The notes beneath the pieces were generated by a model, which made no database searches, was not told the origin of the DNA, and worked only from the letters and a program-made list of their open reading frames with translations. 64,000 nucleotides of DNA, from assembly GCA_964658305.1 (NCBI GenBank), contig OZ210884.1, forward strand, positions 930,001-994,000, written 5' to 3'. This document shows, piece after piece, positions 27,201 through 42,200 of the stretch (position 1 is its first letter; every line of letters begins with the position of its first letter). Source of the stretch: Leptogorgia sarmentosa. Taxonomy: Eukaryota. A program made the position numbers and the translations under genes.

Positions 27201-30200
27201 TCTATATTGATGCTTTTCAAACCGTTGAGGAAAGTTGAACTGACTTTTGAAACTTAAATATTGAATAAATATTGAAGTATTTTTATTCATGGACTATATT
27301 TTAGCTTGTAAACAAATGGCACTCGCGAGCAAAGTTTTTTATAGGAACAACATAGAGAAGAACTATAATAATAACAATGTATGCCTTGAACAGCTGGACT
27401 AGAAGTACTTTAGATAGTATTTTCACTAAACAAGTGACAACAAATGCATCGCTTCTTTTGATAAGTTAGAGGAGATCTGCAGAGAACAGTTGTATACTGA
27501 CTCCCACGGCATTATCCAGTTATTTTGCAGTTTTAACATTAATATCTTGTTAATTACGTGACCCCTCTTGTGACGTAAGACATGCATATTCGTGAATATC
27601 CAAGATGGTGGACTTCTCCATTTTTCAAGTCGAAATATTTCGAAAACTAAACAAGATAATTATGTCGAAACTGTAAAATAACCTACTCAACGACTTTAAA
27701 AGTTCTTTTAAACGAGCTAAAAAATTTTTTGTTGCCCATGAAAACACAATTAATATGAAAATTTTGGCTACCATTCCATAGTTATTAAAACGAACTATAT
27801 AACTAACCATTTCTCCTACATCCAAACGATCACGTAGTGTTAGAAGTTTCTCAACGAGGTCAGGAAACGCATGAACAAGTTCAGAGAAGTTTACCAGACG
27901 AGCTTCAATCAAGGAGTAAGTAAAATGAATGGAAGGAATATCCAATTCAGGTTTCTCACTTTGGTACAATAACTGATGTATTTGTCCCGCAGCAACGAGC
28001 ACGGCATCACATATCAACTGAAAGGAAAAATAACCCCGGGGTTACATAAGTATAAAACATTTTTGTGCGTATTTTGGAAGCAAACACCCCAAGTTACTAG
28101 GTGTGTTCGATCTCTTAGTTACCGCTGTATTATAACATGCGGTTACCTGTAATTCACCCTCCACCATGGGTTTGTACATCATATGTAGGAAATCATTCAA
28201 GTAGTTCATGGCTGCTTCGTTTTTGATACTTTCATCCTCAAATACAGGCCTCAGTAGGATTCCAAGTGGTGATGAATAAAATACACCTCTCAATGCAACC
28301 AGTGTTTGGGAAGGATCAGCTAATGAGTAAAAAAAGATTATTTACTTTTTTCCAAGTGGAATGCGAAAGCAATTAAACATCCGAAATAGACATTGATCTT
28401 GCTTTCTTGTAGTGAGTACTATTATTTACTTCATATTCATTTCGGGATTGTTGCCGAAACCAGTTTGTTGTAAAAAAAGTCGTATGGAAATTGTAGACAT
28501 TACGAAAATAACCGGCTTCGCGCCTTTTTCGCACTTGTTAAAATAGCATATTCAGACAAAACAAAGTTGAATTCAATTATAGAATGGGAATACTTCTTTG
28601 AAAAGGTTTAGCAGCGAATTTTCTCGCTTCTTTGCAATAGTGTTTTCTTTTAAACTTTTCATGTTGTCGTCGTAACGCCGACAAACTGGGAGGCCAATAC
28701 GCATTAGGTGATTATTCGAAATAATCCGAGGTGACTATTCGATATTAATTTATATTACAGTGCCCAATAGAAAAAAATATTTAGTTCCGTGACTATAAAA
28801 GCAATTCCTGATCAAATCGTTCTTTGGTGGGTGATGAATGAAACGAAATTTATTTCACTTAAACTGAACAATTGCCACGTTCAAAAATCCACAATAAATA
28901 AATTAATTTTCGTCTTGCATTTTCCCTAATTATTCACTACCAGGCTGTACTGTTCGGTTTTTCATTGTATGTCTACCAATATTCCGAGAAAATTCTTGAT
29001 ATAAATGTGTGTACAGATATACACCCTACCAACCCATCCCATCTCGTCTCATCTCATCTCAGCTACACCAAGACTGGAAATTTTTCAAACCGAAGATTTC
29101 CATTGCAAAATATACTAACCTCCAGCCTTTAACAAAAGAAGGCTGACCATATCTTTTATAATCCACGAAAACGGAAACTTTCCATTGAACCGTCGTCCAG
29201 CTCCAGTACTCAAAACACGAGCTCGTTCCCTTAGACGACCCGATACAGGAGAGATAAAAGAATCATAAGCTAAAGGAGTAATTACTTCGTCGTTGATCAT
29301 TGTCAGCCATAATCTTGTTTTCCATTGCTTTCCTTCACAAAGTAAACTCAGGTTCTGATTTTGATCACAGTAAGCAATCACTTCAGATAACATTGGAGAA
29401 ACAATTGAAGAAAGTTTCTGCCATAACGCTTTTCTGAAAGTTCCAGTTTCCTGAAGATGTCCTTGACGCAGGGCTTCGTGTTGTAACCACAGGCGCTGAT
29501 CTTCAGGGCATCTTTCATCTCGTTCAAGAAGTAATTTGTGAATACGAGCGGAAAGAACTTCGGAAAACTCTAAGAATAAAAATTTGAAAAACGTCCAGTT
29601 TCTGCCTCATTCAATATGTCGCCTTTTGGATTTCTATGCCACTAAATGCCACTAACAAATGAGTTAAAATGAAAATAGGAACGAAAAAAATATATACCCG
29701 TACTCAGATAAATGTCGAGAATATCTACACGTCCTATTGATATAGACTTGGCATTAAAGATTTTATCTGGTGACTGTTTAAATTATATGATTAAAAGGCC
29801 AAAACTTAGCCTTTGCTGAAACAAGGAGCAGACAAGTGTTGGTATATCGGATTTAGATAGGATTGAATTTGACAACAGTATTACGTCACGCATACAACGA
29901 TGCATATTAAGTAGCTATATAAAAAACGTATGAGGAATACATAACGGTTTTGTATGAACGCATGTATGCAGTGTCATATTTTTGTGTCAAAAACGTTTTG
30001 AAAAATTTGTGAAAAATTTTGAAAATTAAAAGTCAGTTGTATAGTAAGGGAACGAATTTTTAACTTTGGAACTTCTTTAAATTGAACTAACGGATTATTT
30101 TAGTTACATTTTAAACTACTGACCAAGGTGACATCATTGAATTTCCAACAGTAGTATTGTGTCTGTCGTTAAATTACGAAAATATACCACAATTATCGAA

Positions 30201-33200
30201 GATATCCATTACTCTGCAGGACAATGGATTTTTAAGATAGCTTGTCGGTTCTCTCATAAATTTGCGCGTGTTTACAAACTATTACTTTGCTGAAGTAGAA
30301 GTTACTAAAACGAATCGATTTCAAACCTGTTTCTTTCAAGTCATCGTCCGGCAACCATGTAAGCAATATCTCAATACGTTTTGTAGCCCTGTCAACGCCA
30401 GCTGACTCATCGTAAATTCTTGCTGCAGCAGCCTGTAAACAGTTTTTCAGCAGTAATGTCGGTTTGATTTTTTCCTGATTTCGTCCTTCTCCATTGTCAT
30501 CCTGAAAGTAAAACAAAATGGTGATAAAACGAACTTAGCCACTATCAACTAAATTTTTGTAATACTTCTTTTTTATTTAAGAAAAATACTTTGATTTACG
30601 TTCACTGAAATTTTTCGGGCAATATTTTTAATTTTACTCGAGCAAAAATTTAGTTACTTTTCGCTTTTACTAAAGTAAATATCTTGGCTGCTTTGCTGAA
30701 CACTGAAGGAAGCTCGCGCTTATCTCATTCTGGGAGGTATTCATTTGTTTTCGATTCTGACGTCCGATCTTTGATTATTACTATAACAGATACACCACAT
30801 GAACATGATTCTTTTACCTCAAGATTCTCCACAACTACTTCTTCGCTGCCATCAAGGTTTTGATCAACATCCATGTATTCAATGTTATCAGGTCTCGCTG
30901 GGTTTGTTGACTGAAACAGATCGCTCACTGAACGATTCACAAGCTGTTCAATATGCGGAAGCTGTTCATTCGATTCCAAAAGCTCGTCGATATGAACTGA
31001 CTCCCATTTTCCACCTTGGAATCCTACAAAATGCTGACATCCTCCGGCAATCTTTGGTAACTGGATGATGAAGACGATGTGGATAGGTTTGACAGATTTA
31101 TCGAAGTTTTCCACTGTACGACGTCGGGTGTCATCAACGAGGTATCGACAACAGGCGATGAGGTTGAAGTTTCTCTCACCATTATCACATTGAACAAGCA
31201 GAAGACCTTCGGCACCACCGAGTGAGACAAAGAAATCTCTATATAAGTTAGGAAAGAATAAATCATTGACTACTCACTGGAATGAATGGCCGGGAAAATG
31301 TTAAAATAATGATAATAAAAACAGTGAAGGTATTCCTAGGACAATCACTGAACTTAAGAGACAAAATAACTGAACGCTTTTTGACGGTTCAAACAATGAC
31401 ACTTTTAGGGAAATAACGAAACAACTACATATGATACGTGCAGTAAATAAGTTACATTATTATTTATTTCAAATAATTGAAGAGTTTTGATTGGTTAAGA
31501 GCAGTGCATTAAATCCTCATATACGACATTATGACGTAATTATGTCGTATATTGAAAATTATACGACATTATGACGTCGACTAACTTATGCTGCTTATGC
31601 CAAAAGCTGAAAAATACAAATGGCTTTCTCAAAGAAGGTTCTTGTGTACAATGCGTTTACCCTAAATCCGATTAATATACAAATTAATAATAAAACAACT
31701 ATTGAATTCGGTTCTCGTAGGATATGCTGAATTATTAAGGCCTCGGTTTGTGTTATTTGCCTCAGCCTTCGGCTTCGACAAATAACACAAACCTCGGCCT
31801 CAATAATTCCTCATATCGTACTCGACCTCATTCAATAATTGTTTATTCATTTTGAAGATCGACCATGCGATGTGAAAATCAGAAGAAGGGTTCTATAGGA
31901 TAATGTAGCGAAGTTTTTACGATTAGAAAATCAAGAAAACGTGGCTACTGCATTCATATGTATGCTTAACACTTACTCCAATGTTTTGGTGAATTGTTGC
32001 TCTGTATGGAATTCCTGAAGGCTGATGCAACGAGATAGCGGAGGTTTAAAGCCAGCAGCTGAGGTTATGAGCCGCGAACTCGCCTGAGATAGCAGTCGAG
32101 AGTGAGTGGTAACCTGACAACAAAGTCAATTAACCGATGAGAATGATCGTTTTTAAAAACAAAATGCGTGAAAACAATTTGCACCATAAACAATATCATT
32201 ACGTTCACTCCTTTTATGTCAAAATCACGGAATAACATTCTATTCAATGTATATGAGAAAACCAACCTGGACCAGAGAGCCGTATTCGTCGGTACCGTGA
32301 TTATTTCCCAAGCAATGGACGAGATAATCTTTCAAACTCCCATGTTTCTGGTTTTCAAAATACTCTGTCCAAAGACCGTCTGCATCGTGCTTCAGTTTTG
32401 TTGCAGCTAGCCTGGCTATAGCATCCGGTGACGCCGTCTGCAACAACGTGCGTTTTGATTGGAAAAGAATCTAGAAGAAAAAACTTTACCTGTTCAATCA
32501 TTTGTTAGAATGAACTAAACTTAATACAACAGGAGAAAAAGTCAATACTGCAACATAAAGATTCAGCCAGAATTGCATGTATTTACCCGGCAGGACGCAT
32601 TCATATAAAAAGATTTTATTCTGTATTTGTAAACAAGAAAGATGGGTAGGTACCCAATCAAAGAAGCAAAAAAGACGACAAGCAAATGACACACCCTAAA
32701 GTGCATGATATAATCTCCACCTCTTGATAAGTGAGTGCGTAAAAACAGAAGAACGCTTCAAGCGCTTTTATCATGTTATTAAATGGACTATATCGCTTTA
32801 ATTAAGGTGTAAAACTTTAAAACCCCAAAGGTACAGCAACGCATGAGTTGAGGGTACACGTTTCCTAAATTTTTTTCACATCATAGTGGCTGGTTATATG
32901 AGTTTTTCGTGTCCGGCTTGCTGTGTGTTATAAAGCGATTATTGTTAACGTAAATAACGCGATCCAAGCACCGGCAGTAGCAGTGCCTGGCTGACCGACA
33001 TGCCCAACGTAGACTGGTGTGTTAACATTATTGAGTGCAGTAATGGAGTCAAAATTAATCATTTTAGTAGTTGTCGAACACTATTAAATAATGAAATCAT
33101 AAAGAAGTCGGGTATTTTTACCTCCGCGTTGGTCACTTGATTTTCAAGCCCGGAAATTTTCATTACTACTGCCGCAGCAGTATCACTGTGGTAACCAACA

Positions 33201-36200
33201 AAACAATCACCAGGTTTGAATAAGCTATAAGTTAAGAGGAGAAAATGATTAAACGTTTGAACCCAAGCTAATCACACCATACAAGCCGATGTAAAGTAGA
33301 CTGGCACGGATATTTACAGTAATATTACAGGAATGAATTACAATTATTCGACCACTAGCAGTAAAAACAATAGTTCTACCTCTGACCGGATGAATGTTCA
33401 GGCTTAGCGTCTGAAAAGTCCCCGACCCACTTCTCTAATTCTTTAACCAAGCGAGCTTGAGTTTCTGTTAGGCCAGTTGACATTACAAGTAAATGCTTTT
33501 CCAGTCGATTGATGAGAGGAATTGGGAAACGTTGATAAACGACGTCCTTTTCAGCAACTACAATCAACCTGTACAAAACAAAAAACAATTTTATCCAACA
33601 AGCTGCGATAAACGTTTAATTAGGCGAGTTAGTTATACAGGAAGTGGAACTGATAAGACGATTACGTCATAGGTAGACAGCACGTTGTTATTTTGTTGGA
33701 AAAAAATATATGGGATGTGTGTTTTAAAATCATACTGCCTATACTTGTTGCCACTATACGAGCTTATTGTCGAAAATAACACGAAATTCGAACGACCACA
33801 AAACAAGCATATTGATGTAATGGCCAAATAAGATTATTTTTTAATTGAAACCATCAAATGGATAAATTTGGGAACAAAAAATCGTATTGATGTTTTTTGC
33901 AAGCAGTCATTTTGAGATTTACCTAAATAGAACATCTTTGATTTTCCTTGGGAGATTTTAAAATCCAGAAAATTTTTCCGCAATTCGTTTCTTTTTTCGT
34001 TTTGGGTTAGTTAGACATTTTTAGGGGTTTCATCCTCAACGACTTTCAGGGATTGATGTAAAAGGCCTAAAACTTTGTAGGATTGCATGCCAATTGCAAT
34101 CTTAATTTTACATACACTCTATGTTCAATCGGTGGCCGTGGAAGATAGATAATTGGGGGGGGGGGGGGGGGGGCTAATGTTCATATATTCGTGTAGTGCA
34201 TTACTAATTTCTTTTGGAATCAATTGTTTTCAAGGTCTTTCAACACGAATATATGAATACGAGCCCCTCAATTATAGATCTTTCGCGGCCACTGTCAATG
34301 AGCTCAAAATTATGATTTCCTTCCAATTTCTATACTGGAACTAAAATTTCCTTACAAATCCATGCACTTTTCCTAGCAGGAAAATTTCCTTGTAAAGTGG
34401 AAGCCACGAGATAAATTGGTGTGCTGCTATGACAACAATCTGCCAATTTCTTCATTTTCCGAAAGTATGGTTGCATTCTTGGTCAGTAAACTAGGGGTTG
34501 TTGCATGCATGGATTTCTCGTTAATAAATGCCATGAACGTTACAGTACGACACGTATAATTTTGCTGAAAGAAACTCACTTAAACTTGTCTGCCACTCGA
34601 CATTTCACTCTGTGGTTGCCCAGACCAAGATCAACATATTTTTGTTTATCCAGATATACATAGTACTAAAGAAATACAAATACACGATACGTTTTTGTCA
34701 AAAAATGGTTGGTATTATCAACATATGAACTAAAAATCATCAAGTACAGACACCATCTATACACAGCTCGATTCAAAATCTATAAAATCTAGTTAAATAT
34801 ATGTTTGCGTTGGAAGCAAGAAAAATTTCACCTTCGTAATCTTTCATCAATTTGTGAAATATTATACAAATAATGAATGATTGTTTTTTAGTGCAATGGC
34901 AAGAACATTTTCATGAGGTGGAAAGATGGAATGAGGTTTCAAAGTTGGAATGTTCAATTCAACGAGGCGATAGCCGAGTAGAACAGAGCATTCCATCTTT
35001 CACCGAATGAAAATATTCTTACCATTACACGAATAAAAACATTCATCATTTGTTTTATATAATACCAAAAATACGCTATGTCTTTTTAACAGTTTATTGA
35101 AAAACTATTAAACGGTGTAAATAACCTGAGATCACTGTGCGAAAAGCGTGTTGAAAATGTAGAGTGAAATAGTGCGAATACCATAATTGCACTCTCCAGA
35201 GTGCAATAGTATTCGTATCAGTATTGCATCTTGGGAAATGGAACTTTCTATTTAATATCACGTGACCATAAATGACCAATCAAACGACTCGAATGTAACG
35301 AGGTATTCTATAATATATGATAGCTGACCAAATAGATCACCATATAGCGTCCCGATTGAGTTACCGAATACTTTACAAAATCCTTAATTTCCCATATAAA
35401 AATCAACTTTCATATACGAAAAGAATTTCTCCGTTCTGGCAATGAATATTTTGTGTTCATAAACGTACCTGATTCAAAGCATCGTACAGACTTTCATAAA
35501 GACTTTCTAAGTTAAGTAAGACCACCATTCTTCCTGTCTCCATACACACTTTAATCCGATTGATGTTTCGACAAATCTAAATTTGGTAAACACGCACAAA
35601 AGAAACTGAAGATATACTTCCGTGTATTTGTAGATAATTTTGGATACACCATGTTTATTTATTAAAAATCTCAAGACTCAGGCCACCATCAGAAATGAAA
35701 TCCATGCAAACGTTAAAATTGTTTTGCTCACGTAAAAAAGAAACTGGAGATATACCTGTGTGTATTGTTGATCCTTTGGGAAACTGCTACCGAAAATGAT
35801 AACAGGGTCGTGGTCTTGAAAATGGCCCTGCTGCAACAACCTCAGCGCTGCATAGTTCTCCGTCAGAACAAGTAAATAGCGACTCTCCCTGTAAAATATA
35901 TTTTCACCAATTGAGGAAGAAGATGATAAGCATGATATGAAGATTAGCTTAAGTTTCTCAGTTTCTCATCATATCAATGGAGGCCTAAGGCTGTGGATGA
36001 CATTCGTTTTAAAAAGGAGACAAAACATTTTTCATAAATAATAGGATAATTGATTTGTATGCATCTGATTGATAAATTTATAAATGGTTTAGTTTGATGT
36101 CCAACGTTTTAAATCTTGTTAAAAAACCGCTCATATATTCACCTATCTCAAACGGACCCCGGTCAAATCAACTAATAATTTTCGACCTGAAAGTTCATCA

Positions 36201-39200
36201 TTTTTTAAACATTACAATAATTCACGTCACAACCGGGAATTCTTGATCCGGCAAAGTGGAAATAATTCACATTCCTGGAAGCAACTCACCCTTGAATTTC
36301 TGTTCTACGGAGACTGTCTTGAATGAGGTTAACAGGATGGCATTCAGATGAAGGGACCTATAGAAAGACATAAGTATTTATTTATGAAAAAAGTATTTAT
36401 TACAGAAAGTGTTTTTATTGCTGCTCGTTAGAAGCTAATTTAAATTTCCAGAGTGTATAATAACCTGAGATTAACAACAAAAGAGTGATTTCTATAGAGG
36501 GCACTTTTTTGAGACAGCCAGTATAATACTACAGTACATTCAACTTTTCACATTTATATACATACATGTTTAAATTGACATAAATAGTAAATTTCATCTC
36601 TCACCTTAACTGAAGGTTTAAGTCTAGGGAATTTCCGACTGAATATCTTTACTGGGTCAAGATCATCCAGCCCGCTGAAATTCCTTCTGATTGATTGCTC
36701 TAGTTCTATTTCGCTGACTCGATCCCCTCGTTCAGCTTCCAGAGCAAAACCATACACCATCTTCACCAAACTGTAAAACAAAAATATTGTGTGCGTGTTA
36801 CGCATCTTTTCGTATCTGCGCATGCAGCAGCAACAAAATAATTTTTTTAATTTTCATTGGAAACATTTTTTATTTTCAAGATTATCAACAACCACCAAAC
36901 GCGCGTTTAGATGCCATCCAAATGGATCTTTTGAGTTTTCCGTTTCAAACTAATTTTCGAATTAGGAAATTTCATTACTGGACATTAGCATGCAGTTGGA
37001 ACGAGCATCATAAATTTAGTAAATCTGTGAAGTTTGGTCACAAAATAAGTTTGGTTACAAAATAAGTTTCGTTACACATTCGAAATCTGATCATCACTTT
37101 GTCGTATGTAATAAAAAAGTGTACAAAATTTGCAAACTATAAATGACTGTAGCTATTTTCCACATTTTACGTTATTTTGCAACCAAACTTCACAATTCTA
37201 CTAAATCAATGATGCTCTTTCGTGGTGATGAATTCTCGTAATTCGAAAGTTCGTCTAAAAAGAGAAAAGTCCATTGTGCGCCCTAATTGTAATTAGGTGG
37301 ATATTGCATCTAAAATTGGTTTCTAAACTCTCAGCCCTATGAAATAATTGCAGCTTTTCGCTTCTTCATCCCAACGTATGAATTGAATGAAAATTTGACA
37401 AATTCATATAAATAATATCATACATCTTACCTGTAGAAGTCTCGAAGTCCAAAGAACTCATCTTTCTGCGCATTTTGTAGTGTTTTTGACTTGCTTTGTT
37501 GTTTGTAAAGGTCAAAATAGCCCTCACACAACCTTCGAATAGTTTCCTCAAGACTCCTCTGAATATCCTCATCGCCAGAACAAATTCCACTAGGTATGAA
37601 AAAACGTACGTTAACGTTTACTGATTTTTCCTGTCTTTAGAGTGGCTCATTATTTTAGTAGTGAAGAAAAATTTTCAAGCATTTTTATTGGTTGTAAAAG
37701 CATGTCCATTCACACTTCATGATCATAAATAACATTCAATTAACGTTTATTCGACGTTATTATATACACAAGCGCTGGATATGAGCTATTCTGCAATCTG
37801 ATTGGTTCTCTACTAGCAGGATATTAGCTCATATCCTGCTAGTACAGAAATGTAAACAAAATGGCTGAAAGAGCGAAGCCGGAATTGAAGTTTTCAACAG
37901 TTAAAAACGTCTTTCCGACCGATTAAAAGAATAAAACTCAAGAAGTTTAGTTGTAAATGTTTATTGTGCAGTTTTGAATCTGGAAAACCGGACTCGACGC
38001 TGTAAAATTCATCGCTTGACTGAGTTGGATCGCTTGTTGTTGTTTGTTGACATTTTACAACGGTAAAATTTGTGTTGCACTTTCAAATGCAGAAAAATAC
38101 AGATGAAAACTGCTGAAATTTAAAACTAGCTATAGTTTAAACGAAACGTCGACTATTTTAATTCCGTAACTGTTGTTTTTTCCGTGCTTTTTGGCGTGTA
38201 TTTATCATTAATAAAAACTGTTTTTGTAAATATGTCGATTTCAAAGCGATAGAACACTTTGAAATTATATTCAGTTATTAACTAAAATACAAATAAATTT
38301 GGAAGTTGTTTTTGTCCAGTGCTTGTGTACATAATAAAACAGTTATTCTGCTCACTCTCGTCGTATATGACTGATAGTCGACTCGGCGCTACGCGCCTCG
38401 TCGACTATCAGCGCATATACGACTCGAGTTCGCAGAATAACTGTTAATTATTTGGTTGTTCATATCCGTGCATGACCTTTTCATGTAAATTTAATGCACT
38501 TTACTCGACATTCGGTGATTTAAGGCTTCTTGTTCCAATGACATCAATATGTATAAGGTTTTCAAAGTGAATAATGCTTAATAACTGCAACGTAACCCCT
38601 CAACGCCTGAGACTACAAACTTAACGTTGGAATACATCTTGTCATATTTTAAATTATCATTTGAATTTTAAAGATTAGATGATCCCCACAAACCTTGCAC
38701 TGTCACGAAGTTCGTCTTCACTTGGCACTCCTCTACTCAACATGATGCCTCGGTTCATTTTAGCGGGATCCAACGCCCAATTTGACAAGCCAATGAAACC
38801 AACACGGTGATGATCTGACGTTTTTCCTGATTCTTCAGCTGTAGCTGTGCCATCTTCCAACAGAGGATGCAACGTCTTCAAAGGCATCAGAGGAGAATCT
38901 TCAGCCAACCCAATTTCATCCAGTACCACCACAGATACAAATTTCTTCAAGTCCTTGTCTTTCTGAAGTTTTGCGCACTGTCTGAAGGTTGATACGATGC
39001 CTTCTGGTGTGGACAACGGGCTGCACTGGTACGATTGCACGTGAATCTGGTGAAAAATCATGTCTGTTATTGTTCAAATTTCGAGGCAACCATTACATAC
39101 CCTACAAACTGTGATTACACAAAATTGCACTGTGATTGCAGAAAATTGAACTGTGATTACAGAAAAATGCACTGTGATTACAGAAAATTGCACTGTGATT

Positions 39201-42200
39201 ACAGAAAATTGCACTGTGAATACAGGAAATTGCACTGTGATTACAGGAAATTGCACTGTGATTACAGAAAATTGCACTGTGAATACAGGAAATTGCACTG
39301 TGAATACAGGAAATTGCACTGTGAATACAGGAAATTGCACTGTGATTACAGAAAATTGCACTGTGAATACAGGAAATTGCACTGTGAATACAGGAAATTG
39401 CACTGTGAATACAGGAAATTGCACTGTGAATACAGGAAATTGCACTGTGATTACACAAAATTGCACTGTGATTACACAAAATTGCACTGTGATTACACAA
39501 AATTGCACTGTGATTACACAAAATTGCACTGTGATTACACAAAATTGTATTCATACAGAAAATTCCACCATTATAGTTGGGATCAACTGCACTGAAATGA
39601 ACCAATCACAGGCGAGTGATACTTATATGTATATTATTATAAAACATGTAGACAAAACACGAACATGATCGAGTGCCATCAAATTTGCATCGGAATAAAT
39701 CTTGATGGATCTGATGTTAAAGACCTGCATACCTGTTTTAAGTTCTTGAAAAGTTCACTTTGTGAATTACCAGCTTTCATGTTGGTCGATATAACATCTT
39801 TTGCCAAAGACTTGGAACTGCCTGGTTTGCCAACAACAAACAACGGGATGCGCAGCTCTGTACAAATGGCCATCATGAAGACATTCTCGCTGAGTGCAGT
39901 ATTTCTGGCAATGTTTTGACCCAGCTGTATGTCTTTCAAAAATCCACGCTGACACCTAAAAGCATGAAAGTTGATCAGTTGGGAAATATCAAGAATGGGC
40001 GGAGATAGATTTCATGTTTCCTTGAAATAGCAAATATTTCTTTATAACTAGGAGTCACTATCGCAAGGAAAGTGCTGCTAACGCACAAACTGTAAAAACA
40101 CCTTTTAATTTGGCTCTGCATCGTTCGTACACCTCCAGGTAATGGACAGGACACATCAAAGTATCGGCAAATGTGTCTGCAGTAGGCGTCTCTTTCATTT
40201 AATCTTGCATAATAACACACACCAATCCCAAGAATGACTGCACGAACAATATCATTTATCGGCTAAAAATGTGAAAGCAAAAGTAGTATTAATAACTGGC
40301 TAATTATAGAGACAGCATTCGTACGCTACGATTTGCCGTGTACGACTTTCACGTGTGAAAATTACTGAATGACGACGACGCCATCTTTTTTCCGTAGACA
40401 GTCGGGACACCTCATTGATGGTTGGACACATTATTATCATATTAACATTAGCATTAGGAATGTAGTGGTAAGCATGCGGACTGCGTGCAACTTGTGTGGG
40501 TTCGATCCCCATCAGGGCGTTGTTTTTCGTCATTTTTTTTCATTCGGCCAAAGATATTTGAGTGATTTATTTTGAAATACACCCGTACTATAAGATTTTC
40601 TTTCAAAACTTTATTTATGTTCAAGGTTAGGGTCAGAACTGCCGTTTGGGTAAGTGTTAGTATAATCAATCAATCAAGTGAAAGAGTCTGGACGCTAATA
40701 AATGATATGTCCGACCATCGCGTATTCATCAATAGCAACGCCATCTTGAATCTCAAATTTGTTAAATTTGCTGCGATTTAAAAAAAAAATTTTGAAGTCT
40801 TCCCTAAATCTTCAAGAACCTTACTTGTTCGCCTGGTTCAATTTCTCGGATTTCGTCTTCATCACTGTCATAGTCACTGGATTCTTCAGAACTGTCGCTT
40901 TTTTCCTCTCTGGCGTCATCTTCCATAACCTGCTGAATCAGTTCGGAGTTGGCGTGAAACCACATGATAACTTTCATCGCTCTTTCAACGTCACGCAAGC
41001 TGACAAAGCTGCATTCATTCTGGAAAAGAAAAAAAATCTAAGAATTTTCCCACAAATGGAAAATAATCTTTTAATTCTTTGATTTCGTTGATCTGTTCTT
41101 ATTGATCGTTTTCGCTGTTTTGGCAGAATGAAGATGTAAGGCCAGCAGTCAGGAGGAATTAGTTAAAAAATCATGTGATTTTCACGTGGTACTCCTCAAT
41201 AAATTAGCTCATCGTCATTACTACCTGCAAGCGAACAAAGAAAAGAAAAGGCAAATAAGAAGATAGTTCGAGAGTTAAAGTCCGAAGTGATCTGGAAACC
41301 CTGATTAAACAACTCTTATTCTCATTCATTTCAAAACAATACAATGCGCTCATTATGCATTCACTGCACCCTATACAATACCCCAATGTTTCACCTATAA
41401 TAATAATTATTGGGCAAGCTGAAATGAATGTTCGAATGCAGTTGATTGCATCAAATCAAACTTTACATACCTTTTGTCCACGCATGTATTTCTGTGAAGC
41501 TGACAACACTTTAGCGATACAATTTGCTTGAGGAGCATTGTTTAAAATTCCACGAAGAAGTCCTGCAGCTAGGGTGACAGGTGCAGGCTATTAAAAAAAG
41601 AAAAATAATTAAGAAACACCCCACATCTGTTGAGATACGATTAAAATTCCATTTCCAATTCTGACCAAGGAGTGCAATTAAATTCAGGCACTTGCAGGAA
41701 GCACCGCTAACTACGATCCCGACATCTGACAGGCATCCCAGAGATTTTCATGTTACGCAGTCACGAAAACGGTTAGGGTTAGATGGGGATAGGGTTAGGC
41801 ATTAGCCTTGAAGTTAATGTTATGGTTGGACAGATAGGATGTGATAGAAATGAATTAGTGCGGGTAACATGAAAATATAACACAAAATTAGCCATTTTCG
41901 AATCGAGCAGAGGACTGGGTCTAGTCGCTTGTTTGGAGGGACAAAGATAATCAATATGCCAAATATGACATCTATAGGAAGTTTTCCTGAAGTTTTTCTA
42001 CCTTCTTAAAGTTCTTTGCCCAGCCTGAATGGCAAAAAATTTAATTAAAGCGTCTTTTAATATATATCTAGCTCGCGTTTACTATAATTATTACTTTGCC
42101 TGCGCTTTGGTTTCTATTGTCTGCCACGCATGTGCTTGTACAGACAGTACAATGCTTTTCATGTTTACATGCACCAGCTCTCTCAATACTCACATTTTGC

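Noticed and set aside
39035..39668. Four overlapping repetitive ORFs (CDYRKLH, NCTVITE and others) as a protein, or the array as a CRISPR
   Set aside because: They arise from a stop-free 21-bp unit. There are no unique spacers and no cas genes, and the array lies in an intron of a eukaryotic gene.
40451..40520. Functional tRNA gene (also about 52519-52565 on + and about 21140-21210 on -)
   Set aside because: A/B-box-like motifs are present, but I could not fold complete acceptor and anticodon stems. They are more likely SINE heads.
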